Shown: in pieces, positions 36,108-37,710 of the stretch
Layout: each line of letters begins with the position of its first letter
Numbering within the stretch: position 1 is the first letter of the stretch
From: Candidatus Tectimicrobiota bacterium
GTDB lineage: Bacteria > JACPUC01
DNA: 37,710 nucleotides
Reading direction: 5' to 3'
Assembly (NCBI GenBank): GCA_016192455.1
Contig: JACPUC010000011.1
Location: 186,001-223,710 of the forward strand
Notes under the pieces: generated by a model
Told to the model about the DNA's origin: nothing
Database searches by the model: none
The model's input: the letters and a program-made list of their open reading frames with translations, nothing else
Position numbers and translations under genes: made by a program

Positions 36108-36581
36108 CGCCTGCTGGCGCCCCGCGTCGGCCTTGGGGTGGCGCGGGCGCGGCGCCAGCTTGCGCCAGCCATGCCGGGCCAGCAGGCGGTAGACGGTGGA
36201 CTTGGGAACCGGGTGCCCCACCGCCGCTTCGTAGGCGGCCTGCACGGCGCTCACCTCCAGCAGCCCACCCTCGTCAGCCGTGGCCAGGAAGCCGGCAAGG
36301 AGCTGCGCCTCCTGCGCGACGCTGAGGTTCTCATGCCGGCGACCGCCCCGCTGCCCCACCCCGAGGCACCCTTCGCCCTCCTTCAGGTAGCGGGCTTGCA
36401 GGCGCCGCACCGAGCTGGGATGCCAGCCGAGGGCCAGGGCGACGGCGGCGGCGGAGAGGCCAAGGGCGGCCCGCAGCCAGACACACTGGACGCGTTGGAA
36501 GGCGCCCTTGCCGCGCGCCTGCTGCAAGAGCGTCCGCAGCCGGGCCGCGGCGCCTTCCGGCAAAGGTTGGGGTCGTCGCAT
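36069..36581 (-). CDS. IS630 transposase OrfA (HTH part)
   Basis: GGAGG RBS before the ATG at 36581; STVYRLLARHGWRKLAPRPRHPKAD...QQAFKK. Confidence 0.88.
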   Translation of the reverse strand: MRRPQPLPEGAAARLRTLLQQARGKGAFQRVQCVWLRAALGLSAAAVALALGWHPSSVRRLQARYLKEGEGCLGVGQRGGRRHENLSVAQEAQLLAGFLATADEGGLLEVSAVQAAYEAAVGHPVPKSTVYRLLARHGWRKLAPRPRHPKADAGRQQAFKKTSPGSSPAP

Positions 36582-36648
36582 GCTTTCCTCCTTCTCCAAG
36601 AGACCAGGAGGAAAGCATACCATATGTATCACTATGATTGCAACTTAG

Positions 36649-36975
36649 TATGAGAGCCTGGCGACGGCACGGCTGTTCCAGGAAAAGGCCGAGAGTCTCC
36701 GGCGTGTGCGCGTGGAGGGTGACGCCGAGCGAAGGCGGCAGGCTGCGCGAGACATGGTGCGCAAGCATCTGCGTGTCGGCATGGAAGTGGAGACGGCGTG
36801 GTTCGGGCGCGGCATCGTGGAGAAGATCAACCGCAAGACCGCGAGGATCGGCAGCACGGGAACGAGCGGCACGTACAGCACCAACGTTGACCTGTCGCAC
36901 ATCTCGTTGCCGCTCAAGACGAAGAAACTCACCGCGTCCACCACTGCAACCGATTGCAGAAGGAGGCTGTCGTGA
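36649..36975 (+). pseudogene. 3' remnant of a phage/plasmid-type gene, truncated at the IS end
   Basis: The frame is open from the TA target: YESLATARLFQEKAESLRRVRVEGDAERRRQ...LRVGMEVETAWFGRGIVEKINRKTARI (helix plus SH3-like strand pattern); no clear RBS and start. Confidence 0.55.
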
Positions 36976-37160
36976 GGCGAACCGTGTGGCAGATCACCAT
37001 CGACGGCGCCGAGGAGCCTTATGAACTCGACGAGCACGGACAGATCGTCGAGTGCAGCGAGAAACCCGCGGTGCAGATGAGCCTCTTTGACTCCGAGGCA
37101 AGGAGAGACGTGCATGCCAAGCTACACTTACCGCAACCAGGTGATCCCCTTCGAGCATGA
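36972..37160 (+). CDS. Small acidic hypothetical protein with QMSLF motif
   Basis: AGGAGG at 36961-36966; GTG start overlaps the upstream TGA; 62 codons. Confidence 0.6.
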   Translation: MRRTVWQITIDGAEEPYELDEHGQIVECSEKPAVQMSLFDSEARRDVHAKLHLPQPGDPLRA

Positions 37161-37710
37161 TCAGGTCATCGCCCTGCCCCTCTCTCTTGTCACCCCCGAC
37201 CCCACCCAGCCGCGCAAGAAGTTCAGCCGCGAGCCCCTTGAGGGGCTTGCTGCCAGCATCTCCAGGGAGGGGCTGCTTCAGCCCATCACGGCCAGGCAGG
37301 ACGGCAACCGTTTCATCATCGTCACCGGCGAGCGCCGCTACCGCGCCTCGTGCATCGCAAAGCCGGGGACCATCCGGGCGATCGTAGAGCCGGAACGCGA
37401 CGCCGGCGAGGTGCTGCGCAAGCAGGTGTTGGAGAACATGGTCCGCGAGGACATGAACCCCATCGAGGAAGCGGAGGGGATGAAACGCCTGCTCGACGCC
37501 GGCTACTCGCTCGACGAGGTGGCCCGCACCGTTGGCAAGAAACCCGCCACCGTCGAACGGGACCTTGATCTGCTCAAGCTGGCCCCCGAGGTGCGGCACA
37601 TGCTCACCGCGTCGCCTGAGCAGCGCATGGGCAAGAGGCTGGCCTACGAGCTGGTGAAGTTGAGCCACCAAGGCCAACGCGCCGTGCTGCGCAAGATCGG
37701 CGGCAAGCCA
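37114..37710 (+). CDS. parB: ParB/Spo0J-family CTPase, partial (not in the ORF track)
   Basis: Manual translation: PDPTQPRKKF, GLLQPI, TGERRYRA, LENMVREDMNPIEEA, then HTH; AGGAG at 37101-37105. Confidence 0.92.
   Translation, partial: MPSYTYRNQVIPFEHDQVIALPLSLVTPDPTQPRKKFSREPLEGLAASISREGLLQPITARQDGNRFIIVTGERRYRASCIAKPGTIRAIVEPERDAGEVLRKQVLENMVREDMNPIEEAEGMKRLLDAGYSLDEVARTVGKKPATVERDLDLLKLAPEVRHMLTASPEQRMGKRLAYELVKLSHQGQRAVLRKIGGKP

Larger units (their letters stand above)
35512..36648 (-). mobile_element. IS630-family insertion sequence (1137 bp)
   Basis: Terminal inverted repeats CTAAGTTGCgtTCATAtgGATA / CTAAGTTGCaaTCATAgtGATA; TA at 35510-35511 and 36649-36650; two-ORF transposase. Confidence 0.93.

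Overview
GC-rich bacterial DNA in two parts. (1) Positions ~1-32450 are one leftward (minus-strand) cell-surface locus. In transcription order it holds: a sigma70-like promoter; an intact gene for an IS630-transposase-derived protein whose third catalytic DDE residue is Ala; a 2602-aa secreted protein with four tandem 378-aa repeats; wzc; a WbuB/WcaI-like GT4; a WecA fused to a CapD-type N-terminal module; an SDR epimerase/dehydratase; wzm and wzt; two methyltransferases; GT9, GT2, several GT4 and a GT-A enzyme; a Wzy/WaaL-like membrane protein; and a third methyltransferase cut by the window edge. Palindromic repeats sit in four intergenic spacers, and the base composition is mosaic. (2) Positions ~33200-37710 are a decayed phage/plasmid-like region: a serine-resolvase 5' fragment fused to a 5'-truncated DEDDh exonuclease, an HTH protein, a complete IS630 (TA duplication, terminal inverted repeats, -1 frameshift), a 5'-truncated gene, a small protein with a QMSLF clamp-binding-like motif, and a partial parB. 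I saw no rRNA, tRNA or CRISPR array. All family calls come from motif recognition by eye; no database searches were run.
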